A stretch of 64,000 nt of DNA from Deltaproteobacteria bacterium YD0425bin51 (GCA_002753225.1 PDZS01000009.1:16500-80499); one strand, 5' to 3'. Positions 29,124 through 40,024 are shown, counted from the first letter of the stretch. Made by a program: numbers and translations. The notes: a model not told the origin generated them from the letters alone.

Positions 29124-31949
29124 TTATTTTCCTTTATCTTGGGGCAAAATTGTTACTGTTCTTGCCTTATCATTATTTAAATATTTTTTGGCATAATATA
29201 AAACATTTTCTTTGGTTATAGACCTATAGCCTTTCATAATAGTATGTGCCCATTCTATTTGTTCAGGATGTTTTCTAGAATCAGTTAGAACTAGCTGGAG
29301 CCAATAATCATTTGTTCTTACCATTTCTTTTATGCTTGTAATTATTGGGTCTATGACACGCCTAAGTTCATCATCTGTTATCTTGGAGTTATTAAATTCT
29401 ACTATAAGTTTTTTTACTTCATTTGTAACCATATCAGCATCTTTAGGATTTATGGAAACAACAACCCCAAATAATCCGTATCCAGGGTATGCTTTACTCC
29501 CTTGATTATAAGCATAAGGAGAATATGTTGCTCCTAATTTCTCTCTTATTTTTTCCCTTAAACGTTCTGAAACTATTCCAGATAAAACATTAAAGCATCT
29601 GTTTCTTGTTATATCCCAAAAATCTTCTGTAGGATATGTAACAATAACCATTCCTTTATCTATTTCAGTAGGAACTTTTATGTTAAAAGTCTTAGCTTCA
29701 GGAAAATGTGGCAAAGTAGAAAGTATAGGCTTTGATATGGGATATCTTTTGGGAAGAGATCCAAAATATTTAGAAGCAAGCTTTATTGTAAGCTCTGTAT
29801 CAAAATCTCCAACAATTGTAATTTCTAGTGGTTCATGTTTAAAGATAGGCGCAATCCATGATTTAACATCTTTTATCTTTAGTTTTATAAGCTTTTCATA
29901 AGCTGGAAGCCCAATTCTTGGGTCATAATTACTTAAAAAACTTTTACCAGAAATTTCCATAGCTCCTTCAATGTTTCTGGAAAGCTCTTCATATTGTTGT
30001 TTAAAACGCTCTATTGAAAGATTATATGCTTCTTCCCTGTATCCTGGATCCATCAGATATGTATAAAGGACTTGAAATAATAAAGGCACCTCTTTAGATA
30101 TTGTTTTTCCGCTAAGTAAAAAATATGCATCCCCAATACTAAAGCCTGCAGCAATATTTTTACCAGAAAGGGCTTTATGAATTTCACTTTTTTTGTATTT
30201 TCCAAAGCCGCTTTCATTTATAATTTCTGTTGTAAGGTAAGATAGCCCTGGTGAATTTAAAGGCTGTGAAGACTTTCCATATCCAAAAGAAATATTTACA
30301 GATACTTCTTGAGCTTTAAAATCAGTCTTTTTTAGATTTAATCTTATCCCATTTTCAAAATCAATCTGGATTATCCCAAACTCTTTTATATCCTTTCTTT
30401 TTATTATTTTACCATAATTTTCAGGGTCAGAAAGATAAGGAAATTTAATGGTCGTTTCTTCAACAATGGGAGATACTTTGACATCATTACTTTTATTAAA
30501 AACATCTATAATATCGCTTGTTTTAGAAATTTTTGCGTTTCCTGTAACAAGAATTAGCCTGTGATCAGCTTCCCATGTTTTTTTTAGAGAATTATGAACA
30601 TCTTCTAAAGTTAAAGCATTTATAACAGGAGAAAACAAATCTTTTTCCTGCTGAGGCGATTGAAAAACCCTATTGCTATTTAAATTTCCAATTATTTCAC
30701 GAGCAATATCTCTACTGTTTCTAGTTTGAGCTTTTTTCAAATTTGTATCCAGCATTGTTTGAAAATCTTTTTTTACTCTATCTAATTCTCCTTGAGTGAA
30801 TCCATAAGACAAAGCCCTTCTTAAAACCTGTTCAATGGAAGACAAAGCTTTGTCCCATTTTTCAGGACTGCATCTGGCTGAAATATTTGCGTATTTGATA
30901 CGGTTTAAAAAAAGTCCTGAATCAATCATAGCTGATGTAAATGGAGCTTTTGCTCCGCTTATCATATCATTTAGCCTTGTTTGGATTATTTTATCTGCTA
31001 TGTCTTGAATTATTAACTCTTTTTCAAAAGCAAAATTACCATTTACAGGTGAAACAAGTTTTGTGGTTTCAATGCTTAGACTGGTATTACCTTCCTCTTT
31101 TTCATAATGATAGAATCCTTTGATCCCTTTATGCTCTATTTTGCCAAAATCTGGTTCTGTAAATTTAGCTGTACGGGGAGATAGTCCTTTAAATCCATCT
31201 TCTATAATTTTTGAAGCTATATTTACATCAAAATCTCCCACCATAACTAAAATAAATTTTTCAGGTCTGTAATAATTATCGTAGAATCCTTTAAGAGTAT
31301 TTTGATCTGCTTTTTTTATTGTCTCTTCTTTTCCTATAGGCTCTCTTTTTGAAATTTTTGAATCAGGAGCCTCAAACTTCAATGTCTCAATAAATGTGCG
31401 GTAAGAAGCAGAGTCACGGGCTGTTTTTTCAGCAAGGATAACTTTTTTTTCCCTCTCTATTTCTGAAGGAAGAAGAAGTGCTCCGTAAGCATAATCTTTC
31501 ATAACAGTTAGACCTTCTTCTATGGTTTCTTTTTTACCATCAGGAAGGATTAAATCATAAACTGTTTCGTAAAAGCTGGTATGGCCGTTAGCATCAGGAC
31601 CAAATTCCATCCCAATTCTTTGAAAGTATTTAACAAGTTCACCTGGTTTAAAATGAGTTGAGCCGCAAAAAACCATATGTTCCAAAAAATGTGCTACCCC
31701 TTGCTCCTCGTCAGACTCATGCATTGAACCAATTTGTATATTAAGGTGCATGCTGACTCTGTTTTTTGGTTCATGATTCTCCATTAAAACATATCTAAAC
31801 CCATTATCTAATCTTTTAAATATAACTTTTGGATCAGGAGATAGATCGTTATTTTCATGGGGCCATGGTGCTAATTTTTCAATATTTTGAGAATAAGCAT
31901 TTGCTGCAAATAAAAGAACAAATAAAATAAATATAACTTTTCGTTTCAT
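29124..31949 (-). CDS. M16 family zinc peptidase (PqqL-like), secreted
   Basis: Signal peptide; AHFLEHMVF inverted zincin motif; LREKLGATY. Confidence 0.9.
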   Translation of the reverse strand: MKRKVIFILFVLLFAANAYSQNIEKLAPWPHENNDLSPDPKVIFKRLDNGFRYVLMENHEPKNRVSMHLNIQIGSMHESDEEQGVAHFLEHMVFCGSTHFKPGELVKYFQRIGMEFGPDANGHTSFYETVYDLILPDGKKETIEEGLTVMKDYAYGALLLPSEIEREKKVILAEKTARDSASYRTFIETLKFEAPDSKISKREPIGKEETIKKADQNTLKGFYDNYYRPEKFILVMVGDFDVNIASKIIEDGFKGLSPRTAKFTEPDFGKIEHKGIKGFYHYEKEEGNTSLSIETTKLVSPVNGNFAFEKELIIQDIADKIIQTRLNDMISGAKAPFTSAMIDSGLFLNRIKYANISARCSPEKWDKALSSIEQVLRRALSYGFTQGELDRVKKDFQTMLDTNLKKAQTRNSRDIAREIIGNLNSNRVFQSPQQEKDLFSPVINALTLEDVHNSLKKTWEADHRLILVTGNAKISKTSDIIDVFNKSNDVKVSPIVEETTIKFPYLSDPENYGKIIKRKDIKEFGIIQIDFENGIRLNLKKTDFKAQEVSVNISFGYGKSSQPLNSPGLSYLTTEIINESGFGKYKKSEIHKALSGKNIAAGFSIGDAYFLLSGKTISKEVPLLFQVLYTYLMDPGYREEAYNLSIERFKQQYEELSRNIEGAMEISGKSFLSNYDPRIGLPAYEKLIKLKIKDVKSWIAPIFKHEPLEITIVGDFDTELTIKLASKYFGSLPKRYPISKPILSTLPHFPEAKTFNIKVPTEIDKGMVIVTYPTEDFWDITRNRCFNVLSGIVSERLREKIREKLGATYSPYAYNQGSKAYPGYGLFGVVVSINPKDADMVTNEVKKLIVEFNNSKITDDELRRVIDPIITSIKEMVRTNDYWLQLVLTDSRKHPEQIEWAHTIMKGYRSITKENVLYYAKKYLNNDKARTVTILPQDKGK

Positions 31950-31992
31950 AATACCTCAATTAATTTAGAAGATTTTTAGTTGACATTATATA

Positions 31993-32283
31993 ACTCGATG
32001 TTCAAGTTTTTGGGTTCAATCATAAAATACCTGTCATTCCGGGCGCAGCGAAGCGGAGACCCGGAATCCAGAAGCATTGAGCGGATCTAATTTCGGCTTT
32101 CACCAAAATGATGATGTGGCTTCTGTATGCTCTTTTCATACATGTAAATCCCCTTAAGTTGACGTTTATAGGCGAAAGTAGGAATCCAGGCTCCGTCAAA
32201 TACATGGATTCCGGGTCTCCGCTTCGCTACGCCCGGAATGACGGCTTTTTATATATCTTGGTAAAAAAACTTGAACATCGAGT
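31993..32283. mobile_element. 291-bp MITE with 19-bp TIRs enclosing an inverted pair of REP-like palindromes
   Basis: ACTCGATGTTCAAGTTTTT / AAAAACTTGAACATCGAGT; inner GTCATTCCGGGCG..CCCGGAATCCA at 32033-32070 and its inverse at 32205-32242. Confidence 0.8.
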
Positions 32284-32330
32284 ATAAATTTAATAACATT
32301 TTCCTTTTAAATTATAAATAAGGAAAAACT

Positions 32331-33035
32331 ATGAGAAAAATTTTTTATTTCATTGCAGCTAGTTTATTCGTCACAATTTTTATTTCATGCGGTAAGCAAT
32401 TTGATTCTAAATTCAATCCGCTGACCTTGTACTCTTTGAAAAACTATGAAATTGAAAGTATAAAAGGATTCCCTCAAATTGGGCAATGGATGCTTGACTC
32501 AAATTTAAATTATGCGCATTGGCTTGGGGAAATTCATTATGGAAAAAGTTTGAGAGAACCAATTAATATCATAATTATTGACAAGATTTCTATGTCAACA
32601 GACGAAGCAAAAAAAAGGCTTATAGACTCGTGTAGATTAGCAGGCTATCCCAGTCGCAGAGGGCATTCAGGAGGTTATCTAGCATATATTGGTCATAATC
32701 TGTATTCCCAACTTCCTGAAGAAAAAACGCATGCTTTCTCAAATGGACCTTTTGAATTCAAAAATAACCATGGCCGAATTTTTGGTCCTCACTTTTATTA
32801 TGGAAATTATATATTTACAGGAGCATTCAGCAGAGAAAAAATAGCTCCGCTAGCTCAGATAAAACATGAATTTGATTCATTTAATATAGCTCGGGATGAT
32901 TTTGCACAAAATTTAGACAGAAAAACTTCTTACAAAATAAGTGGTTATATAAGTATGAATAACTTTATACTTAAAAACCCCAAAATAACAACAGCAGATC
33001 ATGATGGAATAGCAATACTGATTACTTTAGAATAG
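32331..33035 (+). CDS. Putative lipoprotein of unknown function (possibly LssY C-terminal-like)
   Basis: Lipobox FISC; EPINIII, NHGRIFG, ARD motifs; AAGGA RBS. Confidence 0.6.
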   Translation: MRKIFYFIAASLFVTIFISCGKQFDSKFNPLTLYSLKNYEIESIKGFPQIGQWMLDSNLNYAHWLGEIHYGKSLREPINIIIIDKISMSTDEAKKRLIDSCRLAGYPSRRGHSGGYLAYIGHNLYSQLPEEKTHAFSNGPFEFKNNHGRIFGPHFYYGNYIFTGAFSREKIAPLAQIKHEFDSFNIARDDFAQNLDRKTSYKISGYISMNNFILKNPKITTADHDGIAILITLE

Positions 33036-33044
33036 AAAAATTTG

Positions 33045-33073
33045 TTGACAAAAAAAAAATTAAAATATATCAC
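33045..33073 (+). promoter_or_regulatory. Possible sigma70 promoter of the hdrA-flx operon
   Basis: TTGACA-17 bp-TATCAC. Confidence 0.4.
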
Positions 33074-33138
33074 TTATCCTTTTAAGCTTTTAAGGTTATC
33101 AAAGTATTTAGTATTATTTATTTACAGGAGAAACTAAA

Positions 33139-36100
33139 ATGTCAAAAGAGATAATTGGATCGGTAATGGTCGTAGGCGGCGGTATTACCGGTATGCAGTC
33201 TGCTTTGGATTTAGCAGATTCAGGATACTATGTCTATCTCGTGGAAAAAGGTCCAAGTGTTGGCGGAAGAATGGCGCAGTTGGATAAGACCTTTCCCACG
33301 AATGACTGCGCGATGTGAATTATTTCACCTAAACTGGTCGAGGTCGGCCGGCATTTAAATATTGAACTCCTCACCCTTTGCGATGTAAAAAATGTAAAAG
33401 GAGAGGCTGGAAATTTTACTGTAGAAATAGTTCAACATCCCAGATACGTGGACACAAGTAAATGTATAGCATGCGGTGCTTGCTCTGAAAAATGTCCAAA
33501 GAAAACAGTGGATACATATAATATGGGAATTGCGAAACGTAAAGCCATTTATGTTGAGTACGCCCAAGCTGTTCCCCTAAAATATGCAATAGATCCCAAA
33601 GAATGTATTTATCTTACAAAAGGAAAATGCGGCGCTTGTAAAAAGATTTGTCCTGCAGATGCCATTAACTTTGATGAAAAAGAAAAAAATTTAACACTTA
33701 ATGTTGGTGCTGTTGTTATATCTCCAGGCTTTTCACCATATGATCCTACAAAATTTGACAACTACCAATATTCAAAGCTTCCCAATGTTATGACTGCAAT
33801 GGAATATGAGCGAATACTTTCAGCATCAGGACCAACTAAAGGGCATTTGGTTCGTCCTTCTGACCATAAAGAACCAAAGAAAATTGCATGGTTCCAATGT
33901 GTTGGTTCAAGGGACTTAAATAAATGCGATAATTCTTATTGTTCATCAGTATGCTGTATGTACGCAATAAAAGAAGCAGTTATTTCCAAAGAGCATGCAG
34001 GTAAAGGATTAGACTGTGCTATATTCTTTATGGATATCAGGACTCATGGGAAAGATTTTGAGAAGTATTATGAAAATGCAAAAAATAAGCATGGCGTAAG
34101 ATTTATCCGTAGCCGTGTTCATACCATTACTCCAATTCCTAATAGTGATGATCTAGAAATTCGCTACATTAAAGAAGATGGTGAGCTTGTAGTTGAAGCT
34201 TTTGATATGATAGTTCTTTCAGTAGGACTTGCAACTTCTCCAGAAACAGTTGAATTTGCAAAAACTTTAGATATTAAGCTTACAGAAGGTAAATTCTGTG
34301 AAACTACGACATTTGAACCTGTAAATACTTCGAGGAAAGGTATTTATGTTGCAGGTGCATTCCAAGGACCAAAAGATATTCCTCAGTCAATTATTGAAGC
34401 ATCAGCCGGAGCATCAGCCGCTGGTGAAATACTTACACCTTCTCGGAATACTTTAACAAAAGTAAAAGAATTTATTCCAGAAATTAATGTAATAAATGAC
34501 CGTCCAAGAATTGGTGTTTTTGTTTGCAGATGCGGCATAAATATAGCAAGTGTTGTTGATGTCCCTGGTGTTGCTGAATACGCAAAAACTCTTCCATATG
34601 TTGAATTCGTAACAGATAACTTATTCTCATGCTCACAGGATACTCAAAATACAATTGCTTCTATAATGAAGGAGAAAAATTTAAACCGCATTGTAGTTGC
34701 AGCTTGTACACCCAAAACTCATGAGCCTTTGTTCCAGGAAACATTATCTAATGCAGGCCTTAACAAATATTTATTTGAAATGGCAAATATTAGAAATCAG
34801 GATTCTTGGGTTCATAAAAGTACTCCAGAGCTAGCTACTGAAAAAGCAAAAGATTTGGTTAGAATGGCTGTAGTTAAAGTAGCCTTGACAGAGCCTTTAA
34901 AAGAAGCAGAACTTGCCATAAATCAGACAGCTTTGGTTATTGGCGGCGGTATTTCTGGAATGGTAGCTGCAAAGAGTTTGTCGAAACAAGGATATGTTAC
35001 TCATATACTTGAACGAAGTGATAAACTTGGAGGACAAGCTTTATCTCTTTTCAAAACAGGAAAAGAAGAAAATATTCAGAATGAGTTAAGTAAACTTGTT
35101 GATGATGTAAAAAAAGATAAAAATATTCAAATACATTTAAAGACTGATATTTCTAAAGTAGATGGTTTTGTAGGCAACTTTAAGACTGTTCTTTCTTCTA
35201 ATGGAAAAGATGAAGTTTTAGAGCATGGCGTTACAATTATGGCAACAGGGGCTGCTCCCATAATTCCTGAAGAATATCAATATGGGAAAGATCCTAGAAT
35301 TATCACAAACCTTGATCTTGATAAAAAGTTCATAACTAATGATCCTATGCTCAAAACCCTAAAAACAGCGATATTTATACAGTGTGTTGGTTCAAGAGAG
35401 CCAAATCGTATGTACTGCTCAAGACTCTGTTGTACAAACTCTGTATTAAATGCTCTTGAACTAAAAAAGATAAATCCTGAAATGAATGTATTTATCTTAT
35501 ATAGGGATATGAGGACATATGGAGAAAAAGAGCTTCTTTATAAAAAGGCCAGAAAAGAAGGTGTTATATTTATCAGATATACATTGAATGAAAAACCAAG
35601 AGTAGTATTTGAGGAAGATGAGTTAGCAGTAATTGTGAAGGATCATGTCCTATCTCGTCCCATAATGATAAAGACAGATCTTTTGTCACTTGCTCCTGCT
35701 ATAGTTCCTTATGCTGATGATAAACTTGCTAAATTCTTTAAAGTGCCTCTAAATGAAGATGGTTTCTTTGTTGAACGTCACGCGAAACTAGGTCCATCTG
35801 AATTTGCAACTGATGGTGTTTTCCTATGCGGACTTGCGCATTATCCCAAACCAATAGATGAGTCCATCGCCCATGCTAAAGCAGCAGCATCAAGGGCAGT
35901 TACTCTCCTTGCCAAGAAAAAAGTTTATGTAAGCGGTCAAATAGCTGCTGTACAACCTGCAAATTGTAGTTCGTGCGGAGTCTGTATTTCAATATGCGCT
36001 TTCTCTGCTCCTTCTTTTGTTGAAAAAGGTCCATTTACAGGAAAAGCAGAAATAAATCCAGTTCTTTGCAAAGGATGCGGACTTTGCGTGTCATCTTGTA

Positions 36101-36171
36101 GGTCAGGAGCCATAAGGCTTAAAGGTTTTGATAATGATCAAATATTTTCACAAATATTTGCCATAAAATAA
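33139..36171 (+). CDS. hdrA: Heterodisulfide reductase subunit A-like protein, selenocysteine-containing (1010 aa)
   Basis: AGGAG RBS, ATG 33139, [22 protein letters not shown](33316)-IISPKL in frame with ORF 33448; FQCVGSR and ferredoxin motifs. Confidence 0.92.
33334..33351 (+). promoter_or_regulatory. Putative SECIS hairpin of hdrA
   Basis: CTGGTCG-AGGT-CGGCCGG stem-loop just 3' of the UGA; unusually GC-rich codons. Confidence 0.65.
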
Positions 36172-36189
36172 AATAAGGAGATTTTTAAA

Positions 36190-36615
36190 ATGTCTGATTG
36201 GCAACCAAAAATAGTAGCTTTTTTATGTAACTGGTGCAGTTACGGCGCTGCTGATTTAGCAGGGGTTAGCCGCATGGATTATCCGCCTAATATTAGAGTT
36301 ATAAGGATTCCATGTTCTGCACGCATGAGTCCTAAATTTATGCTGGCTTCTTTAAGACAAGGGATTGATGGCGTATGGGTATCTGGCTGACATCCTGGTG
36401 ACTGTCATTACCTGGAAGGTAATTATTATGCTAGAAGAAAGTTCTCTCTTTTTAAAAATTTAATAGAGTACATGGGGGTTGAGCCTAACAGACTTCATTT
36501 CTCTTGGATTTCTTCGTCTGAAGCTCCAAAATTTGCACAGGTGGCAAATGAGGTTGTTGAGTCAGTCAAGGCTTTAGGACCAAACAAAAAATTCGTAAAA
36601 ACCAAGGCAGCTTAA
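36190..36615 (+). CDS. mvhD: MvhD/FlxD [2Fe-2S] subunit, selenocysteine-containing (141 aa)
   Basis: FLCNWCSY..., VSG-TGA(36388)-HPGDCHY at the conserved GCHPGDCHY motif; frame continues to TAA 36615. Confidence 0.92.
36407..36423 (+). promoter_or_regulatory. Putative SECIS hairpin of mvhD
   Basis: ATTACCT-GGA-AGGTAAT, 16 nt after the UGA. Confidence 0.65.
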
Positions 36616-36616
36616 T

Positions 36617-37564
36617 ATGTTAGAATATACTAAAAAAATAAGAGAAATAGCGGAGCGCCTTTTAAAAGAAGGCAAAGTCGATATGGTCATTGGGTTCCGC
36701 AAAGGAACTTTGCCAATGATCAATGAGCCCCATTTCGTAAAACGAGCCGAAGATGTAAATGAGCTTTACTGGGATACCTTTTGTGCCGTAAATCTTGCTA
36801 ATTATTTGACTGATAGAAAAGAAAGAATTGCGATTGTAGCAAAAGGATGTGATTCAAGAAATATTGTAAATCACATTATAGAAAATAAGGTTAAAAAAGA
36901 TAAGATAGTAGTTATCGGCGTACCTTGCAAAGGAATGCTTGGAAGGCGAAAAATTGCTTTGGCTGCAGGAGGAAGTGAAATTCTTGAAGTGATTGACGGG
37001 GCTAAAGTAACCATAAAATCAAAAGCAGGCGTAAAGGAAGTAGATAGAAAAGACGTAACTCAAGATAACTGCATTATCTGTACACATCGCAATCCGGTAA
37101 TCTATGATGAGCTGGTTGCTGAAAAAGTTGAAGAACAAAAGAATGTTGACAGATACGAAGACGTTAAGAAAATAGAAGCTATGTCTGTTCAGGAAAAGAA
37201 TGAATATTTTGATACTCTTCTTTCAACTTGTATTCGTTGCTATGCTTGCAGAAATGCATGCCCGCTTTGTTATTGTCCTACTTGCTTTGTTGATGAATCT
37301 AAGCCTCAATGGGTTGGAAAGAGCATAGAAGAAACAGATATAAAAACTTTTCATTTCTTAAGAGCATATCATTGTGCAGGGAGATGTACTGATTGCGGAT
37401 CATGTGAAAGAGTATGTCCAATGAACATAAAGATGCGCGTGCTTACAAAAAAACTTGAGAAAGATTGCTTTGATCAGTTTGGCTGGGAAGCAGGACTCTC
37501 TTTAACTGAGCGTCCACCGCTTGATACTTACAAGCCAAATGATCCACAAGATTTTATTAAATAA
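36617..37564 (+). CDS. flxC: FlxC-like 4Fe-4S protein
   Basis: CIRCYACRNACPLCYC, CTDCGSCERVCP; position after mvhD. Confidence 0.75.
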   Translation: MLEYTKKIREIAERLLKEGKVDMVIGFRKGTLPMINEPHFVKRAEDVNELYWDTFCAVNLANYLTDRKERIAIVAKGCDSRNIVNHIIENKVKKDKIVVIGVPCKGMLGRRKIALAAGGSEILEVIDGAKVTIKSKAGVKEVDRKDVTQDNCIICTHRNPVIYDELVAEKVEEQKNVDRYEDVKKIEAMSVQEKNEYFDTLLSTCIRCYACRNACPLCYCPTCFVDESKPQWVGKSIEETDIKTFHFLRAYHCAGRCTDCGSCERVCPMNIKMRVLTKKLEKDCFDQFGWEAGLSLTERPPLDTYKPNDPQDFIK

Positions 37565-37584
37565 TAAATTTAAGGGCAAAAAAT

Positions 37585-38643
37585 ATGAAGGTCATAAGAA
37601 TTGACAGGGGTGAAGGTAAATTTCGTGAAGGACTAAAACTGTTACAAAATTCTTATGTAGCATTTGGTCCTCTAAAAGAAGATAGAGAAGTTTATAATTT
37701 TAAAATATTAGGCGATAAAACGCCGGATTTGAATATTCAAAATACATATCTTTCTCCAAAAGGAATAGTCTTCCCTCAATCTGAAGTTATGCTTAAATAT
37801 ACTTTAGATGAGACAAAAGAAGATTGTAACTTAATGAAAGAGGCAGAAAAGGACAAAAAGCCTAAAGCTGTATTTGGAATACGGCCTTGCGATGCAGCTT
37901 CCTTTTTAATAGCTAAAAGAAATTTTGATACAGCAGATTATAAGGATCCTTACTGGATTTCGAGTTATGAAGCTACAACATTTGCAGGGCTTGCATGTAA
38001 TGAACCTTGTTCAACATGCTTCTGTAAAAGCGCAGGATATGGTCCTTTTAATGAAGAAGGCTTAGACCTTTTATTTGTAGATTTTAATAGTTATTTCCTG
38101 ATCAAAGTTCTAACCCCAAAAGGTGAAGAACTTATGAAAAAAGCAAACTGGCAAAATGTTGTAGATTCAGATAAAGCTTTAGCAGATATTCTTTCAAAGA
38201 AAACATCCTGCGAAGATAAATTTACAACTTCTATTGCTACAAGCAACTTAAAGAGCAAGACAATTTTAGAGCTTTATAATGCTCCTTTCTGGGAAGAAGA
38301 AAGTTTTGCCTGCTTAAACTGTGGAACATGTACATTTGTATGCCCAACATGCTGGTGTTTTGATATACAGGATGAAAACTGCGGTTGTGACGGCGTTCGT
38401 ATGAAAAATTGGGATAGCTGCATGTTTCCATTATTCACGTTACATGGAACAGGACATAACCCTAGAGGAAATAAACAACAGCGGGTTCGGCAGAGATTTA
38501 TGCACAAGCTGAAATACTATTTGGACAAATATGATAAAGGAATTCAATGCGTAGGATGCGGACGGTGCGTTCGTCTATGTCCTGTAAACATTGATATTCG
38601 CCGAATTTCCGAAAAAATGAACGGGTATAAAGCCTGTAACTAA
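37585..38643 (+). CDS. flxB: FlxB-like (AsrA/HydB family) 4Fe-4S protein
   Basis: GIRPCD, CLNCGTCTFVCPTCWC, CVGCGRCVRLCP. Confidence 0.78.
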   Translation: MKVIRIDRGEGKFREGLKLLQNSYVAFGPLKEDREVYNFKILGDKTPDLNIQNTYLSPKGIVFPQSEVMLKYTLDETKEDCNLMKEAEKDKKPKAVFGIRPCDAASFLIAKRNFDTADYKDPYWISSYEATTFAGLACNEPCSTCFCKSAGYGPFNEEGLDLLFVDFNSYFLIKVLTPKGEELMKKANWQNVVDSDKALADILSKKTSCEDKFTTSIATSNLKSKTILELYNAPFWEEESFACLNCGTCTFVCPTCWCFDIQDENCGCDGVRMKNWDSCMFPLFTLHGTGHNPRGNKQQRVRQRFMHKLKYYLDKYDKGIQCVGCGRCVRLCPVNIDIRRISEKMNGYKACN

Positions 38644-38656
38644 GAAGGGGGACACT

Positions 38657-39502
38657 GTGCAAAATCCATATTTGCCTTATCCGGTGCGTATAGCCGAAAT
38701 AATAACAGAAACAGAAGATAAAAATTTAAAAACTTTTAAATTCACCTTCTTGAAAAAAGAAGATGAAGAAAATTTCAAGTACAGATCAGGTCAGTTCTCT
38801 GAACTCTCTGTAACTGGAAAGGGAGAGATACCCATTGGTATTGCATCATCTCCAACTGAAAAAGGCTTTTTAAAATTTACAGTCAATAAAGTTGGACTTG
38901 TTTCCTCTCATCTCCATACCATGAAAGTTGGCGATATAATGGGAATTAGAGGACCTATGGGGAATTCTTATCCTTGGGATATTTTGGAAGGAAAAAATGT
39001 AGTAATAATCGGTGGCGGATTTGCTTTTACTACACTCCGTTCTTCAATTATTTATATGTTAAATCCTGAGAATAGACCTAAATTTAAAGAAATTAATGTA
39101 ATTTATGGAGCAAGAACACCTGGTATGCTGCTTTATAAAGAAGAGCTAGCCAGTTGGGAAAAACGTGATGATATTAAAATGCATATTACTGTTGATGCTG
39201 CAAATGATCCTAACTGGAAATACAATGTAGGTTTTGTTCCAACAATTACAGAAAAAAAGGCTCCTCCAGCAGATAAAGATACTTATGCAATTATCTGCGG
39301 TCCGCCTATTATGATTAAGTTTACTCAGCCTGTCTTAGATAAGCTTGGATATACTCATGATCATATAATAATGTCTTTAGAAAACCGCATGAAATGCGGT
39401 ATTGGAATGTGTGGACGCTGCAATATCGGAAAAGAATTTGTATGTAAAGATGGACCAGTTTTCACATTAGCAGAACTTAATAAGACCCCAAAAGAATATT
39501 AA
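38657..39502 (+). CDS. flxA: FlxA-like FAD/NAD-binding oxidoreductase (AsrB/PyrK family)
   Basis: RGPMGN, GGGFA, CGPPIM, MKCGIGMCGRC. Confidence 0.8.
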   Translation: MQNPYLPYPVRIAEIITETEDKNLKTFKFTFLKKEDEENFKYRSGQFSELSVTGKGEIPIGIASSPTEKGFLKFTVNKVGLVSSHLHTMKVGDIMGIRGPMGNSYPWDILEGKNVVIIGGGFAFTTLRSSIIYMLNPENRPKFKEINVIYGARTPGMLLYKEELASWEKRDDIKMHITVDAANDPNWKYNVGFVPTITEKKAPPADKDTYAIICGPPIMIKFTQPVLDKLGYTHDHIIMSLENRMKCGIGMCGRCNIGKEFVCKDGPVFTLAELNKTPKEY

Positions 39503-39504
39503 TA

Positions 39505-39532
39505 TTGACAATAGGGGTTAAAATTATATATT
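39505..39532 (+). promoter_or_regulatory. Possible sigma70 promoter for dsrC
   Basis: TTGACA-16 bp-TATATT. Confidence 0.4.
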
Positions 39533-39625
39533 AATTTATTCTTTATGGAATAAGATATAATTAAGGCATACTATGCCATGATGATATAGTATAATAATTT
39601 TTTTATTTAAAAGGAGGATTTTTAA

Positions 39626-39943
39626 ATGCCAGAAGTTGAATATGCGGGGAAAAAATTTGGGGTCGATGAAGACGGCTTTATTGATGATTTTAAAAATTAT
39701 TGCGAAGAATGGGTTCAATATGTGAAAAGCCAGGAAGGTATTGATGAGTTATCACCAGAGCACAGACAAGTTATTCAAGTGCTTCAGGATTATTACAAGA
39801 AAAACGGTATTGCTCCTATGGTTCGTGTTCTTTCCAAAGTTACAGGGTTTAAATTAAAACACATATATGAGCTTTTCCCATCAGGTCCAGGAAAAGGAGC
39901 CTGTAAAATGGCTGGTCTTCCAAAACCAACAGGATGCGTATAA
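39626..39943 (+). CDS. dsrC: DsrC sulfur carrier
   Basis: LFPSGPGKGACKMAGLPKPTGCV with both C-terminal Cys; AGGAGG RBS. Confidence 0.95.
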   Translation: MPEVEYAGKKFGVDEDGFIDDFKNYCEEWVQYVKSQEGIDELSPEHRQVIQVLQDYYKKNGIAPMVRVLSKVTGFKLKHIYELFPSGPGKGACKMAGLPKPTGCV

Positions 39944-39968
39944 ATTTCATTCTGTAAAAATACTTATT

Positions 39969-40013
39969 AAAAACAAAAAGGCCCCTATTAAAATAAGGGT
40001 CTTTTTGTTTTTT
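39969..40013 (+). terminator. Rho-independent terminator after dsrC
   Basis: AAAAACAAAAAGGCCC...GGGTCTTTTTGTTTTT. Confidence 0.8.
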
Positions 40014-40024
40014 AAAGGATAGTA

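Noticed and set aside
32020-32205. 61-aa ORF inside the MITE as a transposase
   Set aside because: Too short, no DDE or HUH motif, and partly a translation of the REP palindrome.
33316-36390. Alternative genetic code (UGA reassigned) or pseudogenes
   Set aside because: TGA is a normal stop elsewhere (cheR, cheA, ccsA). The two in-frame TGAs fall on conserved Cys positions and have SECIS-like hairpins.
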